64,000 nucleotides of DNA from NCBI GenBank assembly GCA_964036045.1, contig OZ038378.1:189100001-189164000 (forward strand), read 5' to 3'. Of the stretch, positions 48,326 to 61,426 are shown one piece after another. Numbering within the stretch: the stretch's first letter is position 1; each line of letters starts with the position of its first letter. The position numbers and the translations under genes are program-made. The notes beneath the pieces are model-generated. The model was given only the letters and a program-made list of their open reading frames with translations. It did not search any database and was not told the DNA's origin. This DNA is from Eutreptiella sp. 'Long Island Sound 2002' (lineage: Eukaryota; Protista; Euglenida).

Positions 48326-48637
48326 GTTGCTGCAACAGCGTGACCATTGCAGGGGCCTCAGATGTCCAATCCACGAGGATGGGCCAGTTCACGAAGGTTT
48401 TGGGGGTCACCAAGAACCACCGGCCAGTGTACAAGAATGCCCACGCCCAGTACCTTTACTATTGGATGGCGCCCCATTATCAGGCCTGGCACGTTGGGTC
48501 TGATTACAATTCAGTCAGCGCTGGTGTGAGAAGCAAACCAAACGAGAGAACAGTGTGCCCAGTGGACGCTACACCGCCTTGGCTTGAGTATTTCCGCAGT
48601 CAATGGCAAGACAGGAGTTCTATCACGGCAGATTGCG
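48326..48637 (+). CDS. Exon: unassigned ~104-aa extracellular-type module, phase 1-1, 312 bp
   Basis: CCATTTCTCCAG|GT..GATTGCG|GTATG; open, symmetric, CCNSV..RPVYKN..YLYYW..WHVGSDY..CP..W..ITADC. Confidence 0.8.
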
Positions 48638-51069
48638 GTATGTTCATGCCGGAGGTCCGAGAGGGGGAAGGGGAGACGCGTGGGGATTTTACCCTAGGCA
48701 TGTGGATCCCACCCACCGTCGGCCTACAGCCGCTGTCCGTATCACTTGGCACATCCACAACCGGTTGTTGGGTCGAAAATCCTAACTTGAGAACCCATAT
48801 TTCAAGCCAGCTCCTGCAGGCCTGGTTCCCACAGTCACCAAATTCCAACACTCACATGTCCTGTGCATCTTGCATGAATTGATTGGAAGTAGGAGGTCCC
48901 CCCCCTCCCCTCACACCCACCCCCTACGTCCTCCTGTTCAAAGTCGTCTGAAAGTCACTGTGTGTTGACTGCCAAAAGAGTATCAACCATGACGGCTTTT
49001 TGTGGCTACTGTCTAATGTTGCCTTCATTGTGATGCAACTGGGGTCCCCCCCTTCATTGTGGGGGACCTCATCATCTCATGGAGTGTGCGTACCCCTTAA
49101 TCTCCTTTCGTGGAACACAACTCACAAACCCAACAAACACCCTATACCCAACAATTCCAAACCCAAACAAGAAGCATCCAACAGGGGCCTTTGTGCGGAC
49201 AAAAGTATGGGCACCGCGGTCACCAGGGCTTGCCTTCGAGCAGGGGGAGGGAGGGGGAGGGGGGGAAGGGGGCAACCTCCTCCTTGCTACCCCAACAAAA
49301 TCAGTGTACAGCCTTGCTAGGGTGTGCTGTGATGTGCTGCGCAAGGCGTCGTTTGGCCAAGAATGAGTGAGTGGAAATTTTTTGAAGTGATGATATATGC
49401 GGCCTCCTGTGTTTAACAGAGATCATCTGTTTGAAAGAACTCGCGGAAGGAGTCAAGAGCTGGTCAGTTGCCTAGTTGTTGGCAACAGGGTTGGTGGTTA
49501 GTCGGAAAGAAACCCCCCTCGCCGATCCCACCTCAAAAGTTTTCCTGTCTACCTTTGACTCGAGGGAGCTCCCCCTCATATGGCGTGTTTCTTGGGCAGC
49601 AAGAAGGATTTTCCTACCGGTGATTTTAGCCCTGGAAACCAGGATGAAGTCCCAGCCTTTGCTAGTTGCAGGCAATTCTGTATTACCTGTCACGCCATGG
49701 TTGACCTGCCCCTCCCCACTGTCGAATAGCGTCATCGAGTATGGGAAGAGATATGTTCACTGCTCTTACGATCCTGGTAGTCTGCTTTCATGTGCATCGT
49801 GCTGGTCAATCTGTGGAAAAATGCTAGTTGTGCGCCACAGTGGACAGGGCTTCAGCTGGGCATGTCATGGTTGGTGTCGCTGCATTTGTTCATGGGGCGT
49901 AGCCGGGGGTGTCTTTTGCGAGTGGCACTGACGTTGTGGTCGGTGTTGTCTCCTGTTGCACCGGCAACCAAATCAGTCCCAGCATCCGAGTCCTGATGGG
50001 GCTGTGTCTGCCATCGATGACCGTGTCCCCCAGTTTGTGGTTCACTGGTATAGTGGCGAGAGGCCAATAGGCGCCGCCAACGGTAACCAAACCAGCAGCA
50101 TGGCCTCGTGCCAAACCCCTTCCGCCTCCGCATGCACGCATACACTTAGGACAATGGTGTCTCCCGCTCACTAGCGCTCTAGCGAGGTCCGGTCACTGTT
50201 GATACTCCGCTCGGCCTTGGAACCGGGCAGTCCTTTTGTTCAACCTCGTGGCTAGGGAGGGAGGGCCTGCTCCTGCATGAGGCCCTGTCCCATCCCCACC
50301 GCCCCCCCTTCCTCGGGACCTCCAGCAAATAGCCAGTCTCGGGAGGTACTCCGCGTCCTAACCAAGCCCCCCCCCCGTGACCGTGTTGGTAGTTATCCCG
50401 CTCTTCTGTGCCCTCACCCTTCCCTCCCAACCTCTAGAAGACTGTGTATCTGCCGTCGTCATTGGTGTTAGGCATCATCAAGGATGCAATTGGGTCTGTT
50501 GCAGATTGTGTGCCTCGGTGTTGGGGCTTGCTGCTGCGCACACTTTGCACTGTGGGGTGCTCCATGCAACAGCCTACGGCAGTGCTCTTGCACCGCCATA
50601 ACGAAGCTTTCCACTCCGTGCTCTCCTTGCGGCCCGCCAGCACGTTTGTCACCTACCACAGCCTACGGCACAACATCCCCATTTGTTTTGGCGACCGACT
50701 CGTTTGTGTCCATTTTTGTTCTGGTTGGGTGTCCGTGTGTGTTTGTTTTCAAGTTCCGTAGTTTCTCTTTCCGTCCGTTATTATTATTATTTTTTGTTAG
50801 TGTTGGTATTTCCAATGTTGAAGAGAGGGGGCTTTGTGAGGTTGCCAAATCCAACGGCGTTCAACGGCTGGGGTCAAAAATGAGCATACGTGTAGTGGTA
50901 TCTAGTTTCACTATTTGGTGCTTGGGTTGGGTCTCTACTCACGCCAAAGGCATTGTCCCAAGGCCTGCGTGACCTTACATCACTCGTGCGACTAGGTCCT
51001 AACCTTCGGTTGTCTAGTATCATAGATGCTTAGAGTGCTGACGATCCCCGAACCCCACTGAACCGCTAG

Positions 51070-52420
51070 TGGGTGGGAGATCCCACCGTGCCTATTTGTG
51101 CAAGGGGAAGGGGGAGGGGGGGGCACGCCCAGTCTCATCACCGGGTGGCATCGGGTCCTACTCTCTCTTCCCCGGGCGCTCGTCAGCGCGCGCATGGCGG
51201 CGTTGTCCCACCATGGTGTTGTGTTGGTGGGTCCTTGCAAGTTGACAGGCACTACTAGGCGTCATGCTTTGTTTACCACATGACTCCAGTACTGTGCAGC
51301 GCCCAGTGATGGGTCACCCCCGGCCCTACAAGGAGCCACAGAGGCCCTAGTGGGTACGCCTGCATGGCAGTAGCGTCTGTGAGGAGGGCAAAGCCATCCG
51401 GCGGTGCTCCCGCCGCTTGGGCAAGGCGGTTGAGCGCCTAGTTAGGTCATTGCTGCCAGCGATGAGCACAGTTGTGGGCGCGACGGGGTGGGTGTCGGGC
51501 TCCCACAGGAGGGGCAAGTTGAGGGCACGTGCGCTCTCCCCTCGCCATGTTGGCACGCCATGCAATGGGTATGTTGCAGCCACCCTCAGTGTCCAATCTT
51601 GATAGCTGTCATGGGGTTGGATCTTGATATTAAATGGGGCAATTTGAGGTCACACACGCTATCCACTCGCCACGCCGCCAGGCCATGCAACAAGTAGTCC
51701 AGTGCTGACGGTGGTCACCGTGTTGGATGCGGATGTTAAACGGTTGGGCTGGTGGGACAGTGGCGGGCTGATGGCATAGGGTAGTGAGGCCTAGAGGGCC
51801 CGCATTGCTGCGGGGCCTAGGACGGGGTGGGCTAGCCCACCCACCACCACTACTGCTACACTACTCCTTTACACGCCGCTGGAGGCACGGGGGCAGAGCC
51901 ACTACCTTCCCCGGCATAAACGGGGCCGGACAGGGTTAGTAGGGCGCCTAAGGGCATGTCGGCATGGTGGCAGAGGCCATCCCATGTGCAGCACTGAAGG
52001 TAGCACCCAATAGAAGACCGTAGCCAACCATCCATTAGCACGTGCAAGCCGTAGTTGACGCGGCCCGTGTTGGAAGAACAGGGCTTGAGCTTGTTTAAGG
52101 TGGGTTGGGGCGGCTAGACAACGCCCATGGTGGTGCCAATCACGCCAAACAATGCCACAGAAGTGGCACTACAGGGGCAGCTGTCAGTCTTGCGGGGTCT
52201 ACAACTTGAGGACCCGGTAGGCAAAGGCCCGTTTGATGGTGAGCATCAGGATCATGGCGCCCTCCACCAAGGCCTTGAAGTCGGTTGCTGTAGGTCCCAT
52301 GAGGTCAGCACGGGGGCCTGCGGAGTGCGCTCCGGCGATGGTCATGTCATACACTGCATCCCGTCCCATGTGGGGGTCGAGCATCATGGCCCTCTGGTAG
52401 TATAGCACCACGCGGTTGCC
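51070..52420 (-). mobile_element. Decayed retroelement-like remnant, paralog of 42905-44960 without the two TIR insertions
   Basis: Colinear similarity; empty insertion sites near 52085 and 52419. Confidence 0.55.
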
Positions 52421-52619
52421 CACAAGTGAATATTGGGGGGGGAACGGGGCTCATGTCATTGTCTTTGTCAGCACTCCATTGCCTCACACTGTACCGTCGT
52501 TACCGGGCAAATCAATTGCCGGCAACAATGAGCACCCATACCCATGAAGCATCCCATCTACATGCAGTGGTGTCGAAGGATGATTTTTTTTGTGCAAAAC
52601 AATAGCAACTGCTGTTGCT

Positions 52620-52745
52620 GTAAGTAGCATTTTGTGGTCATGGCAGGAAGAACCTAGTTGGACAAAGGAGAGTCAGAAGGCATAGAATCCGATATGGCAA
52701 AATGCAAGCATTCCGGTTGGGGCAAACACGATTGTCGTCCTGCTG
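52620..52745 (+). pseudogene. Decayed SRCR pseudo-exon, paralog of 46255-46380
   Basis: [28 protein letters not shown]. Confidence 0.75.
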
Positions 52746-53857
52746 CTGCTACAAAAAAAAGGCCGAGACGTTTACCAATACACATGGGGATGACGGAATG
52801 TGGTTGGTAGACACTGTCTGCGAATGATAGACATGGTCTGCAAATTGTAGTCACAGTCAGCTTGTTGTACCTTACACCCCCCTTGTAATTCCCTCCCCAT
52901 TGCAACCCCCCCCCCCCCCCAACAGGGGAACGTCCATTTGACATTTCCTGTGGAAACGGTTGGTTGTACTGTGCTCTCCTGTACCTTCTCTGCAAGTGTC
53001 CTCTGTCAGAGTTGATTTCTCCTGTCATTCAGACACAAATGTATGCCACAGGCACTCGTGTTTTGGTACAGCAAGGGTGGCCCGCTGTTGGCAACTGACA
53101 TTGGTCCCTCACCCTCTGGACCTGAGTTCTTGCACACTCGACACCAGGGTACTGGGAACCAGGTTGTGGACCATACAGCAGCCAAGATCAGTCTGTGGAA
53201 CGGGCCCACGCACAGAAATAACATCATGTTTCAATGCGATCCACACTACCAGGGTTGTGCATGCACAGCTGCAGTTTTGAAGTGTTACTGTTTGTGGGTG
53301 CAACCCCCAACCCCCCGCGTGATGAAACCAAGGCCTGCGGCGCGACCACGGAGCAGCGAACAGCACAGGGGAGCACACGCTACCCGAGCCAATCATAACG
53401 GAGCACACACCACCCGCGGGACGCACGCCACCCGACAGCATGAAGGTGCGAAGGGTCAAACAGCATGCAACTACGCCCAGGACAGACTGGGATATGTGGA
53501 CCAGCAGAAGCAAGTGGCCAAAACCACCAACACCAAGCACACCAACACCAACAAGGAACCCCCTGGAGCCAGGATCTTCCTCCTCAAGGGGAAGGAGGGG
53601 ACATGGTGCGACGAACCCACTCCCACTCCCCCTACCCCGCCCCCATCGCTACCCCCTCCCCACAGCAACACGCTCCCCCGCCACCCAATGCCCCCCAGGA
53701 CAGAAAAAATATGGCGGGCCCAGAGGAAATTGGGCATGGGGAAAGGGACGAGCAAGGGGAGATAACAGGACAGGGCAGACCGCGCTGGCCGAAAACAGTG
53801 TGGAGCGCAAAAGGAGGAGAAGGAAAGGACAAAAGGGAAAGAATCATTGTGGTTGTT

Positions 53858-54170
53858 AAAAGCCCCTGTCAGGAAAATTATCCTGCAGATGCACACCCCA
53901 GCGCGCACAAGTCAGTGCTGGAGTCGGCAAACCCAGCATGGACTCGGAGTGTGCATCTGGATGCGCCTGGTCAGCCGCACGGGCAACAGCTTGTCTCCAG
54001 GACAGCTGACGCTGGAGTAGTCAAACAGGACAAGTCACCCAGGGCTCCGTTGACACAACCAAAACACGTTCGGACCCACAGAGGGTCAGAATGAGCAGTG
54101 GCAAGAGGCCAATAGGCACCGCCAAAGGCAAACAACCTAATACTGAGGCCTTGTGCCAGACCCCCTCCCC
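53858..54170 (+). repeat. Dispersed ~310-bp repeat (second copy 60332-60644; 3' parts at ~17182-17280, ~50050-50125, ~58037-58112)
   Basis: Shared core GTGGCRAGAGGCCAATAGGCRCCGCCAA. Confidence 0.8.
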
Positions 54171-54274
54171 CATGGGGGGGAACTGTTGCGACATTGGGGG
54201 GGTTCGGGGGGTTACAAGGGGGGCGTAAGGTAGGCAAGATGTTTTATTTTGTTCGATAGGCCACAGAGTGCCTT

Positions 54275-54431
54275 GGACTGCATCAGCAGCTGGAGCCCTT
54301 GGTCAACCTGCACTCAAACATGCGGTGGAGGCACGAGAACTCGTATACTTACCATTACCACACATCCCCCGGGGCTGGAACACGGTGCCCAGCAACCAAG
54401 GAAACCGAAACCTGCAATACTCAGCCCTGCA
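54275..54431 (+). pseudogene. Damaged TSP1 exon: acceptor deleted and 1-bp deletion
   Basis: GTGCCTT|GGACTGC junction removes ~0.2 kb including the acceptor; CATCCCCCGGGG versus CATCCTTCCGGGG. Confidence 0.8.
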
Positions 54432-54514
54432 GTATGAACCCCATGCATGTGCATTTCTGCCAGCATCATATTTGCAGTACAGAGCCGCCCCAATGCTGCG
54501 ATATTGTCACGCAG

Positions 54515-54676
54515 ATGTGGACTGCATCAGCAGCTGGAGCCCTTGGTCAACCTGCACTCAAACATGCGGTGGAGGCACGCGAACTCGTATACTTACCATT
54601 ACCACGCATCCTTCCGGGGCTGGAACACGGTGCCCAGCAACCAAGGAAACCGAAACCTGCAATACTCAGCCCTGCA
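54515..54676 (+). CDS. Exon: TSP1 repeat, phase 1-1
   Basis: Same splice sites and motif as 46771. Confidence 0.93.
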
Positions 54677-54759
54677 GTATGAACGCCATGCATGTGCATT
54701 TCTGCCAGCATCATATTTGCAGTACAGAACCGCCCCAATGCTGCGATATTGTCACGCAG

Positions 54760-54921
54760 ATGTGGACTGCATCAGCAGCTGGAGCCCTTGGTCAACCTGC
54801 ACTCAAACATGCAATGGAGGCACGAGAACTCGTATACTTACCATTACCACACGTCCTTCCGGGGCTGGAACACGGTGCCCAGCAACCAAGGAAACCGAAA
54901 CCTGCAATACTCAGCCCTGCA
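54760..54921 (+). CDS. Exon: TSP1 repeat, phase 1-1
   Basis: 245-bp period. Confidence 0.93.
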
Positions 54922-55004
54922 GTATGAACCCCATGCATGTGCATTTCTGCCAGCATCATATTTGCAGTACAGAGCCGCCCCAATGCTGCGATATTGTCAC
55001 GCAG

Positions 55005-55166
55005 ATGTGGACTGCATCAGCAGCTGGAGCCCTTGGTCAACCTGCACTCAAACATGCAGTGGAGGCACGCGAATCCGTATACTTACCATTACCACACATC
55101 CTTCCGGGGCTGGAACACGGTGCCCGGCAACCAAGGAAACCGAAACCTGCAATACTCAGCCCTGCA
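55005..55166 (+). CDS. Exon: TSP1 repeat, phase 1-1
   Basis: 245-bp period. Confidence 0.93.
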
Positions 55167-55545
55167 GTATGACCCCCATGCATGTGCATTTCTGCTCCGG
55201 GAAGCTCAACGCTCACCCAGTGTGCCGAACGAGGCACGGATTGTGCATGCGTCTTCATTTTGTTGTGGCCAAAGCCCTTCCCCCCCGTTTCGGGTATGGA
55301 AACAGACCCCCTGCCAAACCGTCAAAAGAAAGAAGCACGGCAGTACAGCAGACGACACCCAGGGTTTTTGAATATGTCTCCACTGACAAAGGAACGATGC
55401 AGACATTTTCTTGGAAGCTTGAAGGAAATTGGCATTGAGAAATGCAGAAATAAGTTTTTGCGGATGCGATGGCATCTGCGTCACAACGGGGCAAGGGAAA
55501 CAAAAGTCGTCGTGGCGCTGGAGACATAAGGGACATGCGATGTAG

Positions 55546-55620
55546 CGCAATGCAAGCACTCCGGCTGGGGCAAGCACGATTGTCGTCATAATGAAGATGC
55601 TGCTGTGCTTTGCACCACAG
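55546..55620 (+). CDS. Candidate 75-bp half-SRCR mini-exon, copy 2
   Basis: Same context as 47558-47632. Confidence 0.4.
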
Positions 55621-56312
55621 GTCTGTAGGGCATGCTCCTCGGTGGAAAAAAGTATTGTATCTAAAGAACAGCTCGGGGGGGCTAAACCGCATCGGTACCA
55701 CACTCAACGCTACATTGGTCATGACAGGGCCTCTCCCAATGTCCTGGAAACTCATCATTTCGTGTAACAGGCTGTGGAGGTCATGTCACATCAGTCCTAC
55801 ACACGCCTGTGGCGGGCCCGGGTTGGTGCCCGCTCTGAGGTTTCTTATGTCCCAATAACATCAGGGATTCAGCGTTGGGTCATATATCGCACTACGTCGA
55901 TCAAGTCCAAGATGGTGGTGGGGGGAAAGGTGGCAGCGATTACCCCATCTGTGGTTTGTAGATGCTAGCGGGTGTGTGTCTGTGTGTCTGTATGAATACA
56001 TTTTTTTGCAGTTTTTTTTTTTTGCATTTTTTTTTGCATGTTTTCGCCTGATGTGTAGTTGTCCAACAGCGGGGAAGGACTCTATTCTATGAGGTGTTCC
56101 ACATGCAGTAGAGGTTGAAATCACCCCGATCACACCATTTACACTCTCATTTGGTGGGGTTATCCGGGTACCATAGCCCAATGTATGAAATTGGATGTTG
56201 GGAGCTGGGGTGGGGCTCGGGGCGTGGTCCACCCGGGCAATGTGCATGGGGGAGTATGTGGAAGGGCCAAGAAGGCTCGAGCCCGGAGGCCCATTGTGTT
56301 CCATTTCTCCAG

Positions 56313-56624
56313 GTTGCTGCAACAGCGTGACCATTGCAGGGGCCTCAGATGTCCAATCCACGAGGATGGGCCAGTTCACGAAGGTTTTGGGGGTCACCAA
56401 GAACCACCGGCCAGTGTACAAGAATGCCCACGCCCAGTACCTTTACTATTGGATGGCGCCCCATTATCAGGCCTGGCACGTTGGGTCTGATTACAATTCA
56501 GTCAGCGCTGGTGTGAGAAGCAAACCAAACGAGAGAACAGTGTGCCCAGTGGACGCTACACCGCCTTGGCTTGAGTATTTCCGCAGTCAATGGCAAGACA
56601 GGAGTTCTATCACGGCAGATTGCG
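56313..56624 (+). CDS. Exon: unassigned ~104-aa module, copy 2
   Basis: Translation identical to 48326-48637. Confidence 0.8.
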
Positions 56625-59065
56625 GTATGTTCATGCCGGAGGTCCGAGAGGGGGAAGGGGAGACGCGTGGGGATTTTACCCTAGGCATGTGGATCCCACC
56701 CACCGTCGGCCTACAGCCGCTGTCCGTATCACTTGGCACATCCACAACCGGTTGTTGGGTCGAAAATCCTAACTTGAGAACCCATATTTCAAGCCAGCTC
56801 CTGCAGGCCTGGTTCCCACAGTCACCAAATTCCAACACTCACATGTCCTGTGCATCTTGCATGAATTGATTGGAAGTAGGAGGTCCCCCCCCTCCCCTCA
56901 CACCCACCCCCTACGTCCTCCTGTTCAAAGTCGTCTGAAAGTCACTGTGTGTTGACTGCCAAAAGAGTATCAACCATGACGGCTTTTTGTGGCTACTGTC
57001 TAATGTTGCCTTCATTGTGATGCAACTGGGGTCCCCCCCTTCATTGTGGGGGACCTCATCATCTTATGGAGTGTGCGTACCCCTTAATCTCCTTTCCTGG
57101 AACACAACTCACAAACCCAACAAACACCCTATACCCAACAATTCCAAACCCAAACAAGAAGCATCCAACAGGGGCCTTTGTGCGGACAAAAGTATGGGCA
57201 CCGCGGTCACCAGGGCTTGCCTTCGAGCAGGGGGAGGGAGGGGGAGGGGGGGAAGGGGGCAACCTCCTCCTTGCTACCCCAACAAAATCAGTGTACAGCC
57301 TTGCTAGGGTGTGCTGTGATGTGCTGCGCAAGGCGTCGTTTGGCCAAGAATGAGTGAGTGGAAATTTTTTGAAGTGATGATATATGCGGCCTCCTGTGTT
57401 TAACAGAGATCATCTGTTTGAAAGAACTCGCGGAAGGAGTCAAGAGCTGGTCAGTTGCCTAGTTGTTGGCAACAGGGTTGGTGGTTAGTCGGAAAGAAAC
57501 CCCCCTCGCCGATCCCACCTCAAAAGTTTTCCTGTCTACCTTTGACTCGAGGGAGCTCCCCCTCATATGGCGTGTTTCTTGGGCAGCAAGAAGGATTTTC
57601 CTACCGGTGATTTTAGCCCTGGAAACCAGGATGAAGTCCCAGCCTTTGCTAGTTGCAGGCAATTCTGTATTACCTGTCACGCCATGGTTGACCTGCCCCT
57701 CCCCACTGTCGAATAGCGTCATCGTGTGTGGGAAGAGATATGTTCACTGCTCTTACGATCCTGGTAGTCTGCTTTCATGTGCATCGTGCTGGTCAATCTG
57801 TGGAAAAATGCTAGTTGTGCGCCACAGTGGACAGGGCTTCAGCTGGGCATGTCATGGTTGGTGTCGCTGCATTTGTTCATGGGGCGTAGCCGGGGGTGTC
57901 TTTTGCGAGTGGCGCTGACGTTGTGGTCGGTGTTGTCTCCTGTTGCACCGGCAACCAAATCAGTCCCGGCATCCGAGTCCTGATGGGGCTGTGTCTGCCA
58001 TCGATGACCGTGTCCCCCAGTTTGTGGTTCACTGGTATAGTGGCGAGAGGCCAATAGGCGCCGCCAACGGTAACCAAACCAGCAGCATGGCCTCGTGCCA
58101 AACCCCTTCCGCCTCCGCATGCACGCATACACTCAGGACAATGGTGTCTCCCGCTCACTAGCGCTCTAGCGAGGTCCGGTCACTGTTGATACTCCGCTCG
58201 GCCTTGGAACCGGGCAGTCCTTTTGTTCAACCTCGTGGCTAGGGAGGGAGGGCCTGCTCCTGCATGAGGCCCTGTCCCATCCCCACCGCCCCCCCTTCCT
58301 CGGGACCTCCAGCAAATAGCCAGTTTCGGGAGGTACTCCGCGTCCTAACCAAGCCCCCCCCCCGTGACCGTGTTGGTAGTTATCCCGCTCTTCTGTGCCC
58401 TCACCCTTCCCTCCCAACCTCTAGAAGACTGTGTATCTGCCGTAGTCATTGGTGTTAGGCATCATCAAGGATGCAATTGGGTCTGTTGCAGATTGTGTGC
58501 CTCGGTGTTGGGGCTTGCTGCTGCGCACACTTTGCACTGTGGGGTGCTCCATGCAACAGCCTACGGCAGTGCTCTTGCACCGCCATAACGAAGCTTTCCA
58601 CTCCGTGCTCTCCTTGCGGCCCGCCAGCACGTTTGTCACCTACCACAGCCTACGGCACAACATCCCCATTTGTTTTGGCGACCGACTCGTTTGTGTCCAT
58701 TTTTGTTCTGGTTGGGTGTCCGTGTGTGTTTGTTTTCAAGTTCCGTAGTTTCTCTTTCCGTCCGTTTTTATTATTATTTTTTGTTAGTATTTGTATTTCC
58801 AATGCTGAAGAGAGGGGGCTTTGTGAGGTTGCCAAATCCAACGGCGTTCAACGGCTGGGGTCAAAAATGAGCATACGTGTAGTGGTATCTAGTTTCACTA
58901 TTTGGTGCTTGGGTTGGGTTGGATTGGGTTGGGTCTCTACTCACGCCAAAGGCATTGTCCCAAGGCCTGCGTGACCTTACATCACTCGTGCGACTAGGTC
59001 CTAACCTTCGGTTGTCTAGTATCATAGATGCTTAGAGTGCTGACGATCCCCGAACCCCACCGAAC

Positions 59066-59398
59066 CCCATGCATTACAAAGGATCCCCCATGCATTACAA
59101 AGGATCCCCCACGCATTACAAAGGATCCCCCATGCATTACAAAGGATCCCCCACGCATTACAAAGGATCCTCCACACATTACAAAGGTTCCCCCACGCAT
59201 TACAAAGGATCCTCACACATTACAAAGGATCACCCATGCATTACAAAGGATCCCCCACGCATTACACAAGGTCCCCCACGCATTACAAAGGATCCCATAC
59301 ACATTGCAAAGGATCCCCCATGCATTACAAAGGATCCCCCATGCACTACAAACAATCCCCCATGAGTTGCAAAGGATCCCCAATGCATTACAAAGGAT
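59066..59398 (+). repeat. 21-bp minisatellite GCATTACAAAGGATCCCCCAY, ~16 copies
   Basis: Direct reading. Confidence 0.95.
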
Positions 59399-60936
59399 CG
59401 CCAACGTCACTTTGACATTTCTTGTGGAAACGCTTGGTTGTACCGTGCTCTCCTGTACCTTCTCTGCAAGTGTCCTCTGTCAGAGTTGATTTCTCCTGTC
59501 ATTCAGACACAAATGTATGCCACAGGCACTCGTGTTTTGGTACAGCAAGGGTGGCCCGCTGTTGGCAACTGACATTGGTCCCTCACCCTCTGGACCTGAG
59601 TTCTTGCACATTCGACACCAGGGTACTGGGAACCAGGTTGTGGACCATACAGCAGCCAAGATCAGTCTGTGGAACGGGCCCACGCACAGAAATAACATCA
59701 TGTTTCAATGCGATTCACACTACCAGGGTTGTGCATGCACAGCTGCAGTTTTGAAGTGTTACTGTTTGTGGGTGCAACCCCCAACCCCCCGCGTGATGAA
59801 ACCAAGGCCTGCGGCGCGACCACGGAGCGGCGAACAGCACAGGGGAGCACACGCCACCCGAGCCAATCATAACGGAGCACACACCACCCGCGGGACGCAC
59901 GCCACCCGACAGCATGAAGGTGCGAAGGGTCAAACAGCATGCAACTACGCCCAGGACAGACTGGGATATGTGGACCAGCAGAAGCAAGTGGCCAAAACCA
60001 CCAACACCAAGCACACCAACACCAACAAGGAACCCCCTGGAGCCAGGATCTTCCTCCTCAAGGGGAAGGAGGGGACATGGTGCGACGAACCCACTCCCAC
60101 TCCCCCTACCCCGCCCCCATCGCTACCCCCTCCCCACAGCAACACGCTCCCCCGCCACCCAATGCCCCCCAGGACAGAAAAAATATGGCGGGCCCAGAGG
60201 AAATTGGGCATGGGGAAAGGGACGAGCAAGGGGAGATAACAGGACAGGGCAGACCGCGCTGGCCGAAAACAGTGTGGAGCGCAAAAGGAGGAGAAGGAAA
60301 GGACAAAAGGGAAAGAATCATTGTGGTTGTTAAAAGCCCCTGTCAGGAAAATTATCCTGCAGATGCACACCCCAGCGCGCACAAGTCAGTGCTGGAGTCG
60401 GCAAACCCAGCATGGACTCGGAGTGTGCATCTGGATGCGCCTGGTCAGCCGCACGGGCAACAGCTTGTCTCCAGGACAGCTGACGCTGGAGTAGTCAAAC
60501 AGGACAAGTCACCCAGGGCTCCGTTGACACAACCAAAACACGTTCGGACCCACAGAGGGTCAGAATGAGCAGTGGCAAGAGGCCAATAGGCACCGCCAAA
60601 GGCAAACAACCTAATACTGAGGCCTTGTGCCAGACCCCCTCCCCCATGGGGGGGAACTGTTGCGACATTGGGGGGGTTCGGGGGGTTACAAGGGGGGCGT
60701 AAGGTAGGCAAGATGTTTTATTTCGTTCAATAGGCCACAGAGTGCCTTGGCGTCTATCAGGCACCAAGCGCCGCATTGTTGAGGTGATGTTTGGGGTGTT
60801 CAGACGTCGCTTTGGTGCTACATGGGCACATTTGACCCCCTCCCTGCCCCCATACCACCAAGGACTGCGGGGGGAGGGGTGCCAGCATCATATTTGCAGT
60901 GCAGAACCGCCCCAATGCTGCTTTATTGTCACGCAG

Positions 60937-61098
60937 ATGTGGACTGCATCAGCAGCTGGAGCCCTTGGTCAACCTGCACTCAAACATGCAATGGAGGCAC
61001 GAGAACTCGTATACTTACCATTACCACACGTCCTTCCGGGGCTGGAACACGGTGCCCAGCAACCAAGGAAACCGAAACCTGCAATACTCAGCCCTGCA
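60937..61098 (+). CDS. Exon: TSP1 repeat, phase 1-1
   Basis: Same splice sites and motif. Confidence 0.93.
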
Positions 61099-61181
61099 GT
61101 ATGAACCCCATGCATGTGCATTTCTGCCAGCATCATATTTGCAGTGCAGAACCGCCCCAATGCTGTGATATTGTCACGCAG

Positions 61182-61343
61182 ATGTGGACTGCATCAGCAG
61201 CTGGAGCCCTTGGTCAACCTGCACTCAAACATGCAATGGAGGCACGCGAACTCGTATACTTACCATTACCACGCATCCTTCCGGGGCTGGAACACGGTGT
61301 CCGGCAACCAAGGAAACCGAAACCTGCAATACTCAGCCCTGCA
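61182..61343 (+). CDS. Exon: TSP1 repeat, phase 1-1
   Basis: 245-bp period. Confidence 0.93.
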
Positions 61344-61426
61344 GTATGACCCCCATGCATGTGCATTTCTGCCAGCATCATATTTGCAGTGCAGAACCAC
61401 CCCAATGCTGCGATATTGTCACGCAG

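Larger units (their letters stand above)
46559..54250 (+). repeat. Segmental duplication block A
   Basis: Matches block B at offsets 7987 and 6474; many ORF-track entries recur nearly identically. Confidence 0.93.
54251..60724 (+). repeat. Segmental duplication block B
   Basis: See block A. Confidence 0.93.

Noticed and set aside
53030-53280. Additional TSP1-like exon (SSCTLDTRVLGTRLWTIQQP..C)
   Set aside because: Lacks the WSxW and CG motifs, has no matching donor and shows no convincing nucleotide similarity to the TSP1 unit
59028-59489. (ITKDPPC)n ORF as a repeat protein
   Set aside because: Translation of a 21-bp minisatellite present in only one of two duplicated blocks, inside an intron
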